Notes: generated from the sequence alone by a model not told the origin. A stretch of DNA of 64,000 nt from Polyangiaceae bacterium (GCA_035063585.1 JAPSGB010000011.1:72665-136664), one strand, 5' to 3'; numbered from the stretch's first letter, positions 32,401-42,472 are shown. Numbers and translations: made by a program.

Positions 32401-35400
32401 CGCGCGCTCACGGCGACGCGCCCAGCCTCGAGCAGGTCCTCGCCCGGCGGCTGGCGCGCACCGACGCGCCCGCGCTCCGCGCCGAGCTCCTCGAGGAGTA
32501 CGGCGACGTCATCGCGGCCGCGGGCGGCCCCGACGAGCGGGCGACCCGCGCCTGGCTCGAGGGCGCGCGCGCGGCGCTCGGCGTCGAGGAGCGCGAGCGC
32601 GCGGAGCGGCTCTATGAGCGCGTGCGGGCGGTCGCGCCCTCCGAGCGTGAGGCGCCCGAGGCGCTCTTCGAGCTGGCGGCGCAGAGCGGCCGGTGGGCGC
32701 GCGCGGCGGAGCTCTTCGCGGCGCTGGCGCCGCTCGTCGAGCCGCGCGACGCGGCGAGCTTGCTCGACGGGGTCGAGCCGGCCGCCCTCGCCGCCGGCGC
32801 GATCGAGGCGGTAGTAGACATGCTCGACGCGCTCGCCACCGATCCGCGCGTGGAACCTGCGCGCGGCCGCGAGCTCTCGCTCCGGCGCGCCCGCGCCCTC
32901 GCCGCGAACCCCGCTCGTCGCGACGACGCGGCGGCGGCCTTCCGGCAGCTCATCGAGGCTCCCGGCGAGCTCGCGGCCGCCGCGCTCGAGGGGTTCGGCG
33001 CCTTCCTCGCGAGCGCCCCCGAGCGCGTGGCGGATCGGCGCTGGCTACACGAGCGGCGCGTGGCGCGGGCGGCAGACCCGATCGGCGCGCTCATCGACTG
33101 GGCCGGCCTCGAGGAGCGTGAGCTCGGCGCGCCCGGGGCGGCTCTCGGGCTCTACCGGCGCGCCTTCGAGCTCGACGCGGAGCGCGCCGACGTGCTGGCG
33201 GAGATCGCGCGGCTCGAGGAGCAGACGGGCGACCTGGAGGCTGCGCTCGCCAGCCTCGAAGCGCTCCGCGACCGCTCCGAGGGCGAGGCGCGGCTCGCCG
33301 CCGAGGTGTCGAGGGCGGGGCTCCTCCTCGGCGCGCTCGGGCGACCGCTCGACGCGCTCGACGTCCTCGAGCCGCTCATCGAGGCGGCGCCCGGCGACGC
33401 TGCCCTGCTCCGGCTCGCGCACGAGGCGCTCGGCCAGCAGGCTTCGCGCGCGCGCGCCGCGGCGCTGCTCGAGCGCGCCGCCGGCGCGGCCGACGATCCG
33501 GCGGCGCGCGCGCGCGTCCTCGAGGCGCTGCTCGAGGTCTCGGGCGCGACGCCCGAGCTGTCGGGCGCGCGCGTGCGCTGGATGAAGCAGCTCCTCGAGG
33601 TCCGCGCCGACGCGCCGCGCGAGGCGCTCGCGCTCGCGCTCCGCGGCGCGCTCGAGGCGCCCGCCGAGGGCGCGCTCTGGGACGCCGCCGAGCGGTTCGC
33701 GCGCGAGCTCGACGAGCCGGCGCCGGTCGCCGAGGCGTTCGCCCGGGCGCTCGAACGCCCGATGCCTCCCGAGGCGACCGACGAGCTTGCCCGCCGGATG
33801 ATCGATTTCCAGGAAGAGTGGTTCGACGATCCGGCCCGGGTGGTCGAGCTGCTCGGGCGAGTCGTCGAGCTCAGCCCGCACGCGGACTGGGCCTTCGACC
33901 GCCTGAAGCTCGCCTACAACGCGGCGGGTCGCTGGTCCGAGCTCTTCGCGCTCTACGATCGCGCGCTCGAGCGCAGCGCAGACGAGCGCGTCCGCGTCGA
34001 GCTGCTCCGGGAGGCGGCCATGGCGGCCAAGGATTTCGCCGCCGACACCGAGCGCGCCATCGACTACCTCGAGCGCCTCGAGCGCGCGAGCCCGGGCGAT
34101 CCGCGCGTCGACGCGGCGCTCGAGCGCCTGTACGAGCGTGACGGCCGCTACCGCCCGCTCATCGAGCTCTTGTCGCGCCGCCTGGGTGGGATGGGCGACG
34201 CGGCCGGCGGCGAGCTGCGGGAGCGGATCGCGGCGCTCTGGCTCGAGCTCGGCGAGGCCCTGCCGGCCTTCGAGCTCCTCGCGAGCGGCGAGGCGGGGGG
34301 AGAGGCGTCGCCGGTGGCCGTAGAGCTCCTCGAGCGGCTGGTCGCGCTGCCCGCGTCGCGCGACACCGTGGCGCCCACCTCGGGAGGCAAGCGCCGCAAG
34401 CGAAACTACTCGGTGCGAGATCGCGTGGCGGCCCGGCTGCGAGAGCACTACGCGGCGGTCGGGCGCACCGCCGACAAGGCGCGCATGCTCGAGATCGAGC
34501 TCGAGGTCGCGCAGAACGACCAGGACCGGATCCGGCGGCTCGAGGAGCTCGTCACGCTGCGGCTCGACGAGCTCGGCGACGAAGCGGGCGCGTTCGACAA
34601 CCTGGCCGCGCTGGTGCGCCTCGACCCCGAGAACCGTGACTTTCGCGCGCGGCTGGCCGAGCTCGCGCGCCGCACCGACGACTACCGCCGCTACGCGGAG
34701 CTCTTGACGCTGGTCGCCCGGGGCACCGACGCGCGCGCGCTCCGGCTCTCGCTCCTCGCGGAGGCCGCGCCGGTCGTCGAGCGCGAGCTCGGTGACCGGC
34801 CGGCGGCCATTCGGCTCTACTCCGAGGTGCTCGAGCTCGCCGCGAAGGAGCCGGCCGAGGCGCTCTCGGCCGCGCGCGCCCTCGACGGGCTGCTGCTCGC
34901 GGCGGGGGACTCGGCGGCGCGGGCGAGCGTGCTCGAGCGCCGGGCCGAGCTCGAAGAAGAGCGTGAGCTGCGGCGCGCGGCGCTCGGAGAGGTCGCGCGC
35001 ATCGCGGCCGAGGAGCTCGGTGAGCTCGACCGCGCGATCTCCGCGTGGCGCGCGCGGCTCGCGGACGACGCTGCCGACGGCCCCGCGCTCGACGGCCTGT
35101 GCCGGACCCTCGAGGCCGCGAGGCGCTGGCCCGAGCTGGTCCAGGCGCTCACGGAGCGCGCGGCCCGAGCCCAGGCTCGCTCCCTCGCGCGTGCCGACCG
35201 GGTGCGCGTGGCCGCCGTGCAGGCCGGTGAGCTCGGCAAGCCGGGCGCCGCCATCGACACCTGGCGCGGGCTGCGCGCCGAGTGGGGCGCGGATGACGAG
35301 AGCTTCGAGGCGCTGGTCGGGCTCTTCGGACGGACCGCGCGCTGGGACGACCTCGCGGAGCTGCTCGCGAGCGAGGCCGAGGGCTCGCTCGATGCGGAGC

Positions 35401-38400
35401 GTCGCCGCGCGCTCTTCGAGCGCCTCGGCGCGCTGCACCGCGACGAGCGGGGTGACGTGGGCGCCGCCATCGACGCCTTCGTCGCGGCGGGCAACTGGGA
35501 GCGCGCGGCGCACGTCGCGAGCAGCGTCGGCGAGCGCGGCGCCGCCCGCGCGGCGCTCGAGCGCGTGCTCGACCGCGCGGTCGCAGCGTGGTCACCCGCG
35601 CCGGTCGCCCCGAGCGAGGTCGCGCCGAGCGGGCCGGGCGGGCTCCCCGAGACGGTCGCCGGCGCCGCCGGCTGGGCGCTCGGTGAGCTCATCACGCGGC
35701 TCACCGAGGAGGGGCGCCTGGCGGACGTGGTGGAGCTAGAGCTCCGAGGAGCGAGCCTGCCGTTCTCCGTGAAGCGCCGGCGCGAGCTCGCGCGCGACGC
35801 GGCCTTGCTCTCGGCGGACCGCCTGTCCGCCCCGGAGCGCGCCATCGAGATCTTTACCGCGCTCTTCGCCGAGGAGCCGGCCGATGAGGTGGCGAGCGGG
35901 TCGGCGCGGCGGTTCGTCACACTGCTCGAGGAGCAGGGGCGCTACGAGGACGTCGTCTCGCTGTGGGAGCGCCAAGCCGAGTGCCGCGAACGTGCCGGCG
36001 ACGCGATGGGCGCCGCGTCGCTCTGGGCGCGCGCCGCCGCGCTCGCCGAAGAGCGCCTGGGCGACGTCGAGCGCAGCGTCGCCGATCATCTCCGCGGCGC
36101 GGGGCTCGGCGGCGAGACCTCGCTCGAGGCGCTCGCGCGCCACCATCATGCAGCCGGCCGCGCGCGTGAGGAGGCCGAGGTCCTCGAGTGGCTGGCGGCT
36201 CAGTCGTCCGCCGAGGCGCTCGCGCCGCGCGCGCTCGCGCTGGCCGAGGCCTACGTCGCGGCGAACTCGAGGAAGCGCGCTCGCGCGCGCCTCGAGGAGT
36301 ACGCCAAGGTCGCGCTCGACGCGGCCGCGCTCCGAGAGCGGCTCGCGGGACTCTATCGAGAGATGGGCGATTACACCGCGCTCGCGCTGCTGCTCGCCGC
36401 CGAGGCCGACCGCGCGCCCGACGCGCCGAGTCGCCTGGCGCTGCTCCGCGAGGCGGCTCGGCTCCACCTCGAGCGGCGAGACGATCCGGGCGCCGCGGTG
36501 CCGCTCCTCGAGAAGGCGATGGAGCTCGCGGGCGACGGCTCCGAGCTTCCGCTGGCGCTGTCGGATGCGCTCCGCCGCGCCGCTCGGTTCGACCAGGCGG
36601 TCGCCATCTTGCGCGAGCAGATCGCGCGCTACGGAGCCCGCAAGCCGAAGGAGCGCGCGGTGGTGCATTTTGCGCTGTCGCAGGTGTGGCTCGAGTCCGG
36701 CTCGCGCGCCGAGGCGCTCGCCGAGCTCGATCTCGCGTCGCGGATCGACCAAGCGCACCCCGGGATCCTCCGCGCGCTCGCCGCGCTCGCCTTGGAGGAG
36801 GGCGAGCTCGAGCGCGCCGAGCGGATGTATCGCGCGCTCTTGTTGGTGCTCGGCCGCGGAGCGCGCGACGACGGGCCGAGCCGGGTGGAGGCGCTGCTCG
36901 ATCTCGGTCGGATCGCCGAGACGAAGGGCGACGCCGTGCGCGCGGTGGAGTTCGTCGAGTCGGCCTTCGAGGCCGCGCTCGAGAGCGTCGCTGAAGCGCG
37001 CACCCTCGAGGCTGCGCTCCGGCGCCGCGGGCGGCGTGAGCTGCTCGGGCGCGCGCTCGAGGCGCGCCTGTCGGGGGAGCTCGAGCCGCGGGACGCCGCG
37101 CAGGTGCTGGCCGAGCTCGCCGCGCTCCACGCGGAGCAGGGCGGCGACCAGAGCGACGCGAAGCGCGCGCTCGCACGCCGGGTCGGCGAGGTCGAGCGGC
37201 AGCTCGGGGCCGAGCCCGGCGCGGGCGACGAGGCCTGGGCCGCGCTCGGGCGGTGTTACGCGTGGCTCGGCGACGCGGAGGCCGAGACCCGCGCGCTCGA
37301 GCGGCGCGTGGCGGGCTGGTCGCGCGACGAGGACGCTCGGCCCGAGCCCGAGGTCTTGCACCGCCTGGCGGCGATCAAGCTCGGGAGCGCCGAGACGCGC
37401 GAAGCGGGCGCGGAGCTCCTCGAGCGGGCGCTCGAGCTCACGGGCGAGCTCGGGCAGGCGGAGGAGCTCATCCTCGCGGCGGTCGAGGCCGAGCCGGAGA
37501 ACGAGCGGCTGGCGCGCCTGCTCGAGCGCGTGGGCCGCGCGCCGGGGCGCGAGCGGCTGCTCTTGCGCGCGTTGACGCTGCTCGTCGCGTTCCCGGCGGC
37601 CCGCGCCGCGGCGGCGCGCGAGGGCGCAGACCTGGCGCGCGGGCTCGGTGAGCCCGCGCTCGCCGAGAGCCTGCTCGAGCGCGCGCTCGAGGGCGACGGC
37701 GCCGGGCTCGCTCCGGCCGAGGCGGCCTGGGCTCGCCTCGAGCTCTCCGGGTTGCGAGCCGAGCGCGGCGACCTCCCGGGCGCGCTCGCGCTGAGCGAGC
37801 GCGCCGCGGCGGAGCTCCCCGCCGACGAGGCCCGCGCGCTCCTCTTGAAGGTCGCCGCGAGCAGGGCGGACGAGCTCGACGACCCCGCGCGGGCCATCGC
37901 CATCTACGAGCGGCTGCTCGAGAACGACCCGGCGGATCGGGAGGCCTGGGAGCCGCTCATCGGGCTGCTCCGGCGGGGCGCCCAATATGAGCGGCTCGTC
38001 TCGCTCATCGAGCAGACGGTGCCGCTCGTCGAGTCCGCCCAGGATCGCGCCGCGCTCCGCGCCTTGCAAGCGGAGCGGCTGGTCGCCGAGGACCGCGTCG
38101 CCGAGGCGACGCGAGTGCTCGAAGAGGTGCTCCTCGAAGATCCCGGGCACCTCGAATCCGCGATGCTCCTCGCCGGAATCCTCGAGCGGGGGGATCGCAC
38201 CGATGAGCTCATCGCGCTGCTCACCGGGCAGCTCGACGCCGCGAAGGATCGTCAAGATCTCGCCTCGCTCGGCTCGCTCTCGCTCCGGCTCGGCGCGCTG
38301 CTCGAGCAGCAGGGGCGGCCCGATGACGCGCTCGACGTCTATCAGTCGCTGGTCGACTGGGATCGCGGTAGCCTCGCCGGCGCGCGCGCGGTGGTGCGGC

Positions 38401-39971
38401 TGATCGAGGCGCGCGGCGACGGCTTCGCGACCGCGGACGCGCTCGAGGGGCTGCTCGCGGTGGTCGGGCCGGAGGAGGCGCCCGCGCTCGCCGCGCGGCT
38501 CGAGGCGCTGCGGCTCGAGCAGGAGGACGCGGAGGGCGCGGCGCGCGCGCTCGAGCTCGGCTACCGGGCCGCGCCGGAGGACCTCGCGCTCGGCGAGCGA
38601 CTCGTGAAGCGCTACGCGGACCGCGGAGACTTCGGCGGGGTCGCGCGCGTGCTCCGGGTGGCGCTCGACGCGGCGCCCGGCGACCGCGCGCTCGGGGCGC
38701 GGCTCCTCGAGGCGCACCGGCAGGCGGGCGAGCTCGAGGAGGCGCTCGCCGTGGTAGACGCGCTCTCGGACGCGGAGCCCGACCCGAGCCTGCTCCACGA
38801 GCGCGCGGCGCTGCTCGGGGAGCTCGGACGCGCCGACGAGGCCCTCGACGCGCTCGAGGGAGCCTATCGAGCCGGCGGACCGTACGCGCTCGAGCTCGGC
38901 GAGGCGCTCGAGAACGCGCTCGCGGTCGCCCCGAGCGGCGAGGTGACGCGCGCGCTCACGCTCCGGCTCATCGACGTGCTCGAGCAGATCGGCGATCTGG
39001 AGGGCGCGCGCGCGCGCCTCACCGAGTGGCTCGCCCACGCGGCGGCCGAGCCGGCCGTTCGCCGGCGCCTCGCGGACCTCGAGCTCGCCGCCGGCGACTA
39101 CGACGCGGCGGCCCGGACGCTCGCCGGGCTCGTCGAGGCGGCCGACGGCGAGGAGCTGGTCGGGGTCGCCATCGAGCTCGCGGACGCGTGCGCGCGCGCC
39201 GACCGCTTCGGCGACGCGCGTGACGCGCTCGAGCGCGCGGTCGCGCTGGTGCCCGAGAGTGCCGACGCGCGGCTCTGGCTCCGGCGGCTCTACGAGCTCA
39301 CCGGCGAGCACCGCGCGCTCGCTCGGATGCTCCTCGACGAGGCGCGCGTCGCGGTCGACGCCGCCGCGCGGCTCGAGCTCCTCCTCTCCGCGGCGGGGCT
39401 CTTGGTGAGCTCCGAGGGCGGGGCGGGTGAGGCGCTCGAGGTGCTCGACGAGGCGCGCGCGCTCAGCCCGGAGAGCATCGAGGCGGCGGTGCTCACCGCG
39501 CGCGCGTTCGCCGCGCTCGGGCGCGGCGACCAGGCGATGGCGCTCCTCGGCGAGACCGCGAGCGCGCACCGCGGCCGGCGCACCAAGGCGCTCGCGAGCG
39601 TCTACCAGGAGATCTCGCGGCTCCAGCTCGAGGACGGCTTCCTCTCGGACGCCCTCGAGTCGCTCTCGCGCGCCTTCGACGCGGACATGAAAAATGGTCT
39701 CCTCGCGCTCGAGCTCGGCCGGCTGGCGCTCGAGATCGACGAAGAGGAGATCGCCACCCGCGCGCTCCGCGCGGTCACCATGATGAAGCCGTGGGACGAG
39801 ACCACGCTCGACGGCGCCGGGCCGGAGGTGAAGGCCGAGGCGCACTATCAGCTCGCCCAGCTCGCGCTCAAGCAGGGAGACGCGCGGAAGGCCAGGGTGA
39901 TGCTGAACAAGGCGCTCCTCGAGCATCCGGACCACGAGGCGGCGCTCGCGCTCATCAGCCAGCTCGGCTGA
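29493..39971 (+). CDS. Giant (~3,490 aa) TPR-repeat protein of myxobacterial type
   Basis: Uninterrupted ORF with typical codon bias and continuous helical TPR-like repeats. Start placed at GTG 29493 because the upstream part of the ORF lies antisense to pap. Confidence 0.85.
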   Translation: MSTDVPKPPTKSPSGARALRLEELTALLEQPLELPDAVLETLVTAMAKGQPHPELFRALHDAAERSDKLAELAFAYEHVTADRRVKLLQAPMQAELHLNAARFFGEVFGDSDGAVKYAERALSAAPGSGEAVELIERLLRGAPDSSRLVKILVDASSAERERERQAALLARAAGHLEAAPDAHELAIDVYQRLLRVEPGAAGVRSALEARLTQAGRPRDAAKLLEAALAGDVAAVPAEDALAMRARLVSLYAGALGELPRALPHVEVLLAARPADAAALAAAEALLEHKVSAPRATAALSDAYEQLGRLPEAAAMLSRELKVVRGPRRMDVQRRLAILRQDVLGDATGALELLGPVVAADPGDDALRERYVALALELGQPQEAARLLARALTTCKAPAVRARVGADVGRVFLAAGDKRRAEAALALILDERHDDAAVLAAARLLVELHADSGDPAALAAALEHVVRLEPDPNSRHAAARRLVRMSEGEGGEPARAAVGWRALIDSPWADEALGKLEALYEASGDVEGAIEVLERRAERAKDREAGRALAFKAAELRSSRSRDRRAALGAWRGFVATYGASREAHARLAPLLEQEKEWAELVWLLERELELAPLEERAALWARIGQLRLGPLGDSAGALAAFGEALRLEPSERASRAALEKLLGAGDARLAAAAILEPLYRAEEPSTSLLRVLEARGELAPTPAERLAALGEAADTAERALGDPTRALRLAGEGLALAAGALPTEVPAWLARAQALASVVADPAARAAALAPAVEGRAVDSAALLEVARAAGEALGLAGEVPRAIEIYRAALAFEPASSELLARVDELLAQQGSPGERLALYETALAQATEPVRRRELLHATAALRRRELDDLPGAIAIWRAVLAEDPDDFAAHQALVQALGERGERDALRAELERALGRAEGERRDALRARLAEALADDGEVAGALEHYRALLEHAELDDEVLARIERLARAHGDAPSLEQVLARRLARTDAPALRAELLEEYGDVIAAAGGPDERATRAWLEGARAALGVEERERAERLYERVRAVAPSEREAPEALFELAAQSGRWARAAELFAALAPLVEPRDAASLLDGVEPAALAAGAIEAVVDMLDALATDPRVEPARGRELSLRRARALAANPARRDDAAAAFRQLIEAPGELAAAALEGFGAFLASAPERVADRRWLHERRVARAADPIGALIDWAGLEERELGAPGAALGLYRRAFELDAERADVLAEIARLEEQTGDLEAALASLEALRDRSEGEARLAAEVSRAGLLLGALGRPLDALDVLEPLIEAAPGDAALLRLAHEALGQQASRARAAALLERAAGAADDPAARARVLEALLEVSGATPELSGARVRWMKQLLEVRADAPREALALALRGALEAPAEGALWDAAERFARELDEPAPVAEAFARALERPMPPEATDELARRMIDFQEEWFDDPARVVELLGRVVELSPHADWAFDRLKLAYNAAGRWSELFALYDRALERSADERVRVELLREAAMAAKDFAADTERAIDYLERLERASPGDPRVDAALERLYERDGRYRPLIELLSRRLGGMGDAAGGELRERIAALWLELGEALPAFELLASGEAGGEASPVAVELLERLVALPASRDTVAPTSGGKRRKRNYSVRDRVAARLREHYAAVGRTADKARMLEIELEVAQNDQDRIRRLEELVTLRLDELGDEAGAFDNLAALVRLDPENRDFRARLAELARRTDDYRRYAELLTLVARGTDARALRLSLLAEAAPVVERELGDRPAAIRLYSEVLELAAKEPAEALSAARALDGLLLAAGDSAARASVLERRAELEEERELRRAALGEVARIAAEELGELDRAISAWRARLADDAADGPALDGLCRTLEAARRWPELVQALTERAARAQARSLARADRVRVAAVQAGELGKPGAAIDTWRGLRAEWGADDESFEALVGLFGRTARWDDLAELLASEAEGSLDAERRRALFERLGALHRDERGDVGAAIDAFVAAGNWERAAHVASSVGERGAARAALERVLDRAVAAWSPAPVAPSEVAPSGPGGLPETVAGAAGWALGELITRLTEEGRLADVVELELRGASLPFSVKRRRELARDAALLSADRLSAPERAIEIFTALFAEEPADEVASGSARRFVTLLEEQGRYEDVVSLWERQAECRERAGDAMGAASLWARAAALAEERLGDVERSVADHLRGAGLGGETSLEALARHHHAAGRAREEAEVLEWLAAQSSAEALAPRALALAEAYVAANSRKRARARLEEYAKVALDAAALRERLAGLYREMGDYTALALLLAAEADRAPDAPSRLALLREAARLHLERRDDPGAAVPLLEKAMELAGDGSELPLALSDALRRAARFDQAVAILREQIARYGARKPKERAVVHFALSQVWLESGSRAEALAELDLASRIDQAHPGILRALAALALEEGELERAERMYRALLLVLGRGARDDGPSRVEALLDLGRIAETKGDAVRAVEFVESAFEAALESVAEARTLEAALRRRGRRELLGRALEARLSGELEPRDAAQVLAELAALHAEQGGDQSDAKRALARRVGEVERQLGAEPGAGDEAWAALGRCYAWLGDAEAETRALERRVAGWSRDEDARPEPEVLHRLAAIKLGSAETREAGAELLERALELTGELGQAEELILAAVEAEPENERLARLLERVGRAPGRERLLLRALTLLVAFPAARAAAAREGADLARGLGEPALAESLLERALEGDGAGLAPAEAAWARLELSGLRAERGDLPGALALSERAAAELPADEARALLLKVAASRADELDDPARAIAIYERLLENDPADREAWEPLIGLLRRGAQYERLVSLIEQTVPLVESAQDRAALRALQAERLVAEDRVAEATRVLEEVLLEDPGHLESAMLLAGILERGDRTDELIALLTGQLDAAKDRQDLASLGSLSLRLGALLEQQGRPDDALDVYQSLVDWDRGSLAGARAVVRLIEARGDGFATADALEGLLAVVGPEEAPALAARLEALRLEQEDAEGAARALELGYRAAPEDLALGERLVKRYADRGDFGGVARVLRVALDAAPGDRALGARLLEAHRQAGELEEALAVVDALSDAEPDPSLLHERAALLGELGRADEALDALEGAYRAGGPYALELGEALENALAVAPSGEVTRALTLRLIDVLEQIGDLEGARARLTEWLAHAAAEPAVRRRLADLELAAGDYDAAARTLAGLVEAADGEELVGVAIELADACARADRFGDARDALERAVALVPESADARLWLRRLYELTGEHRALARMLLDEARVAVDAAARLELLLSAAGLLVSSEGGAGEALEVLDEARALSPESIEAAVLTARAFAALGRGDQAMALLGETASAHRGRRTKALASVYQEISRLQLEDGFLSDALESLSRAFDADMKNGLLALELGRLALEIDEEEIATRALRAVTMMKPWDETTLDGAGPEVKAEAHYQLAQLALKQGDARKARVMLNKALLEHPDHEAALALISQLG

Positions 39972-40065
39972 GCCCGCGGTCAGGGCGCGGGAGCGCGGGG
40001 GCGCGGCCGGCGCGAGTCTCGGCTTGCGCCGGCTCGCGCTCTCGTCTTTGATGCGGGCCGCCCCC

Positions 40066-40353
40066 ATGAAGCGCCAGAAGCGACTCACCAAGCGCGAACG
40101 TCAAGCCCTCGACCCGACGCGCGCCGCGCGCGCCCAGGCGGCCCAGGCGCCCGCGCACATCCACTGCATCTCCTGCGGCCGGCACATCGATCCGGCCGAG
40201 TTCGACGGCCCGCCCGCGAGCGCGACCTACATCACCTGCGATCACGGCTCGCAGTTCGCTTCCTGCGTGACGTGCCTGGTCCAGTCTCAGCTCCTGGTCG
40301 CCGCCCATGACCGCTCCGGGCAGCCGGTGAAGGCCGCCAACGCCTGGCACTGA
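40066..40353 (+). CDS. Small Cys/His-rich (Zn-ribbon-like) protein
   Basis: Basic N-terminus, HIHCISCGRH, TCDHG, SCVTC, H...H; GC-biased codons. Confidence 0.7.
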   Translation: MKRQKRLTKRERQALDPTRAARAQAAQAPAHIHCISCGRHIDPAEFDGPPASATYITCDHGSQFASCVTCLVQSQLLVAAHDRSGQPVKAANAWH

Positions 40354-40369
40354 CCGCGGCCGCGAGCCT

Positions 40370-41290
40370 CTACGGAGCGCTGGGCCCGGGCTCGGCGCGG
40401 CCCTGCTCGAGGAGCCACGAGAACACGTCGCCGAGCACGCGGTTGCTCTCGGGCCCGTAGCTGCCGTGGCCGGCGCGCGGGAGCACGAAGAGGCGCGCGC
40501 TCGTGCCCGCCGCGTCGAGCGCCGTCACGCTCGCGTCGGCGTTGTCGCGGGTCTCGAACTCGCCGCGCAGGATGGCGACCGCGCGCGCTCGAGCGAGCGC
40601 CGCGGGTGAGGCCTGGACGGGCGGCCCGCCGAGGATGACCAGCGGGAAGCGGCGCGGATCTCGCTTGGCGAGCGCGAGCGCGCGGACCACCCCCTGCGAG
40701 TAGCCGAAGAGGATCGGACGCGCCTCGTCGAGCGCGCCGCCGCGCTCGGCGCGGATCACCTCGAGCGCGCGGTCGATGCGCCGCTCGAGGTTCGCGAGGT
40801 CCGGGCCCCAGCTGAAGCGCGGGGCCCAGTCGAAGCGGTCGCGGTCGCAGCGCGCGTCGCCGCGGAGCGCGATCACGGTGCCGACCTGGCTCGCCGCCTC
40901 CGCCCAGCCGTCGATGGCGGTGATGTCGCCGCACACGCCGTGCAGGTAGATGATCGCGCGCCGGGTCTCCGGGCCCCCCTCGATCACGCGCGCGGGCGCG
41001 TCGCCCGGGATCCGCACCACGCTGGGCGCGCCCGGCGTGAGCCCGGCCGGGAGCGCGGGAGGCCCGGCGTTCGCCGTCGCGCTCGACGGAGCAGGCTCGC
41101 CCGCGCGCTCGGGGGGCGCCTCGCGAAGGTCGGGCGCGGGTCGCGCGGGTGGCGGGGCGGTCGCCGCGCGGGGCACGCTGCGCTCCCCGCTGCTCTGCGC
41201 CGGCGGCGCTTCGCGACACGCGCTCGCGAGCCCGACGCCGGCCGCGACGAGCAGCCAGGAGCCCCCGGAGCCTACGCTCGGTCGAGTCAG
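40370..41290 (-). CDS. Alpha/beta hydrolase (esterase) lipoprotein; start uncertain
   Basis: Lipobox-like LASAC, Pro-rich linker, YLHG, GYSQG nucleophile elbow, GH near the C-terminus. Confidence 0.7.
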   Translation of the reverse strand: MTRPSVGSGGSWLLVAAGVGLASACREAPPAQSSGERSVPRAATAPPPARPAPDLREAPPERAGEPAPSSATANAGPPALPAGLTPGAPSVVRIPGDAPARVIEGGPETRRAIIYLHGVCGDITAIDGWAEAASQVGTVIALRGDARCDRDRFDWAPRFSWGPDLANLERRIDRALEVIRAERGGALDEARPILFGYSQGVVRALALAKRDPRRFPLVILGGPPVQASPAALARARAVAILRGEFETRDNADASVTALDAAGTSARLFVLPRAGHGSYGPESNRVLGDVFSWLLEQGRAEPGPSAP

Positions 41291-42363
41291 CGCTCGCGAC
41301 CCTTCTTCTTCTTGGCCGGCGCGCGCTCGGCCTGCTTGCCGCCGCGCGGGCGCGCGGCCGGGTCGCCCGCGTCGAGCCAGGTGAGCGCGGCGCGATACAT
41401 GGGCGCCTTGCTCTCGAGCGCGACCTCGTGGCCCATGTCGGCCGGGGTCGAGGCGCGCACCGCGACGTGGTTCGCTTCGAGCCAGCGGCGCACCTGCGCG
41501 GTGCCGTCGATGACGCCGTCGTGCTCGCCGGTGATGAGGTACACGCGCCGGAGCGTGCGGCGGTTCTGCTGCAGGGCCTCGAGCCCGGCGCCGCCCCAGT
41601 AGGCGTCGCTCGCGGCGAGGATGAGCCAGCGGTTGAAGGTGCGCGGCTCGCGCACGCCGACGTTCATCGCGACGTAGGCGCCCTCGCTGAAGCCGACCAG
41701 GGTGTTGCCGCGGAGCTGGACGCGGCCGCCGTATTTCTCGCGCAGCGCCGCGAGCGTGTTCATCACCACGCGCTCGGCCGCGGGCCAGTCGTTGTCCCAG
41801 CCCCGCGCGCCGCCGCCGCGATCTTCCTGTCCGCTCGGGCAGACGAGCCAGCCGAGCCGGCGCGCGACGGGCGCCCAGCGCTGGCACTGCTGCGCCGGGT
41901 TCCCGCTCCGGCCGTGGAGATACATGATGACCGGGCGGAGCCCGAGCCGGCCGCGCCCGACCGGCTCGTAGTAGTACGCGGGCGGCGCGCCGGGGACGTC
42001 GAGCGTCTGGATGCCGGACTTCGGCGGCGGCTCGGCCGCGGACCTTGCGCCCGATTTCGAGCCGCCCGATTTCGAAGCGGCCGCTCGCGCCTCGGCGGCG
42101 GCCTCCTCGCGGGCCTGGGCGGCCTCGCTGCCGTCCTCGTCGTCCGGGGAGGGGATGACGAGCTTCTGGCCCGGACGGATCGGCGCGCGCCGCTCGATGC
42201 CGTTCGCGCCGCAGAGCGCCGCGATGCTCACGTGGTAGCGCTTGGCGATCGCCCCGAGCGTCTGCCCCGGGGCGACCTGGTGCGTGCGGAGCCCCTCGGC
42301 GAACGCCCCGGACGCGACCGCGAACCCGGCGAAGGCGAAGAGGAGGGCGGCGAGCCGTCGCAT
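41287..42363 (-). CDS. Secreted LysM-domain alpha/beta hydrolase
   Basis: Signal peptide; LysM HQVAPGQTLGAIAKRY...ANGI...IRPGQKLVIP; YLHG, GFSEG, GEHD, GHE. Confidence 0.85.
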   Translation of the reverse strand: MRRLAALLFAFAGFAVASGAFAEGLRTHQVAPGQTLGAIAKRYHVSIAALCGANGIERRAPIRPGQKLVIPSPDDEDGSEAAQAREEAAAEARAAASKSGGSKSGARSAAEPPPKSGIQTLDVPGAPPAYYYEPVGRGRLGLRPVIMYLHGRSGNPAQQCQRWAPVARRLGWLVCPSGQEDRGGGARGWDNDWPAAERVVMNTLAALREKYGGRVQLRGNTLVGFSEGAYVAMNVGVREPRTFNRWLILAASDAYWGGAGLEALQQNRRTLRRVYLITGEHDGVIDGTAQVRRWLEANHVAVRASTPADMGHEVALESKAPMYRAALTWLDAGDPAARPRGGKQAERAPAKKKKGRER

Positions 42364-42472
42364 CGCCCCCAGCGCTAGCACAATCGACCGCGAAGGGAAA
42401 AACCAGCGCAGGCCCGCGGGCCGGATCCCGAGGGGCCGGTGCGGCGCGGCCGGCGGCGCGGCCCGCCGCCGC

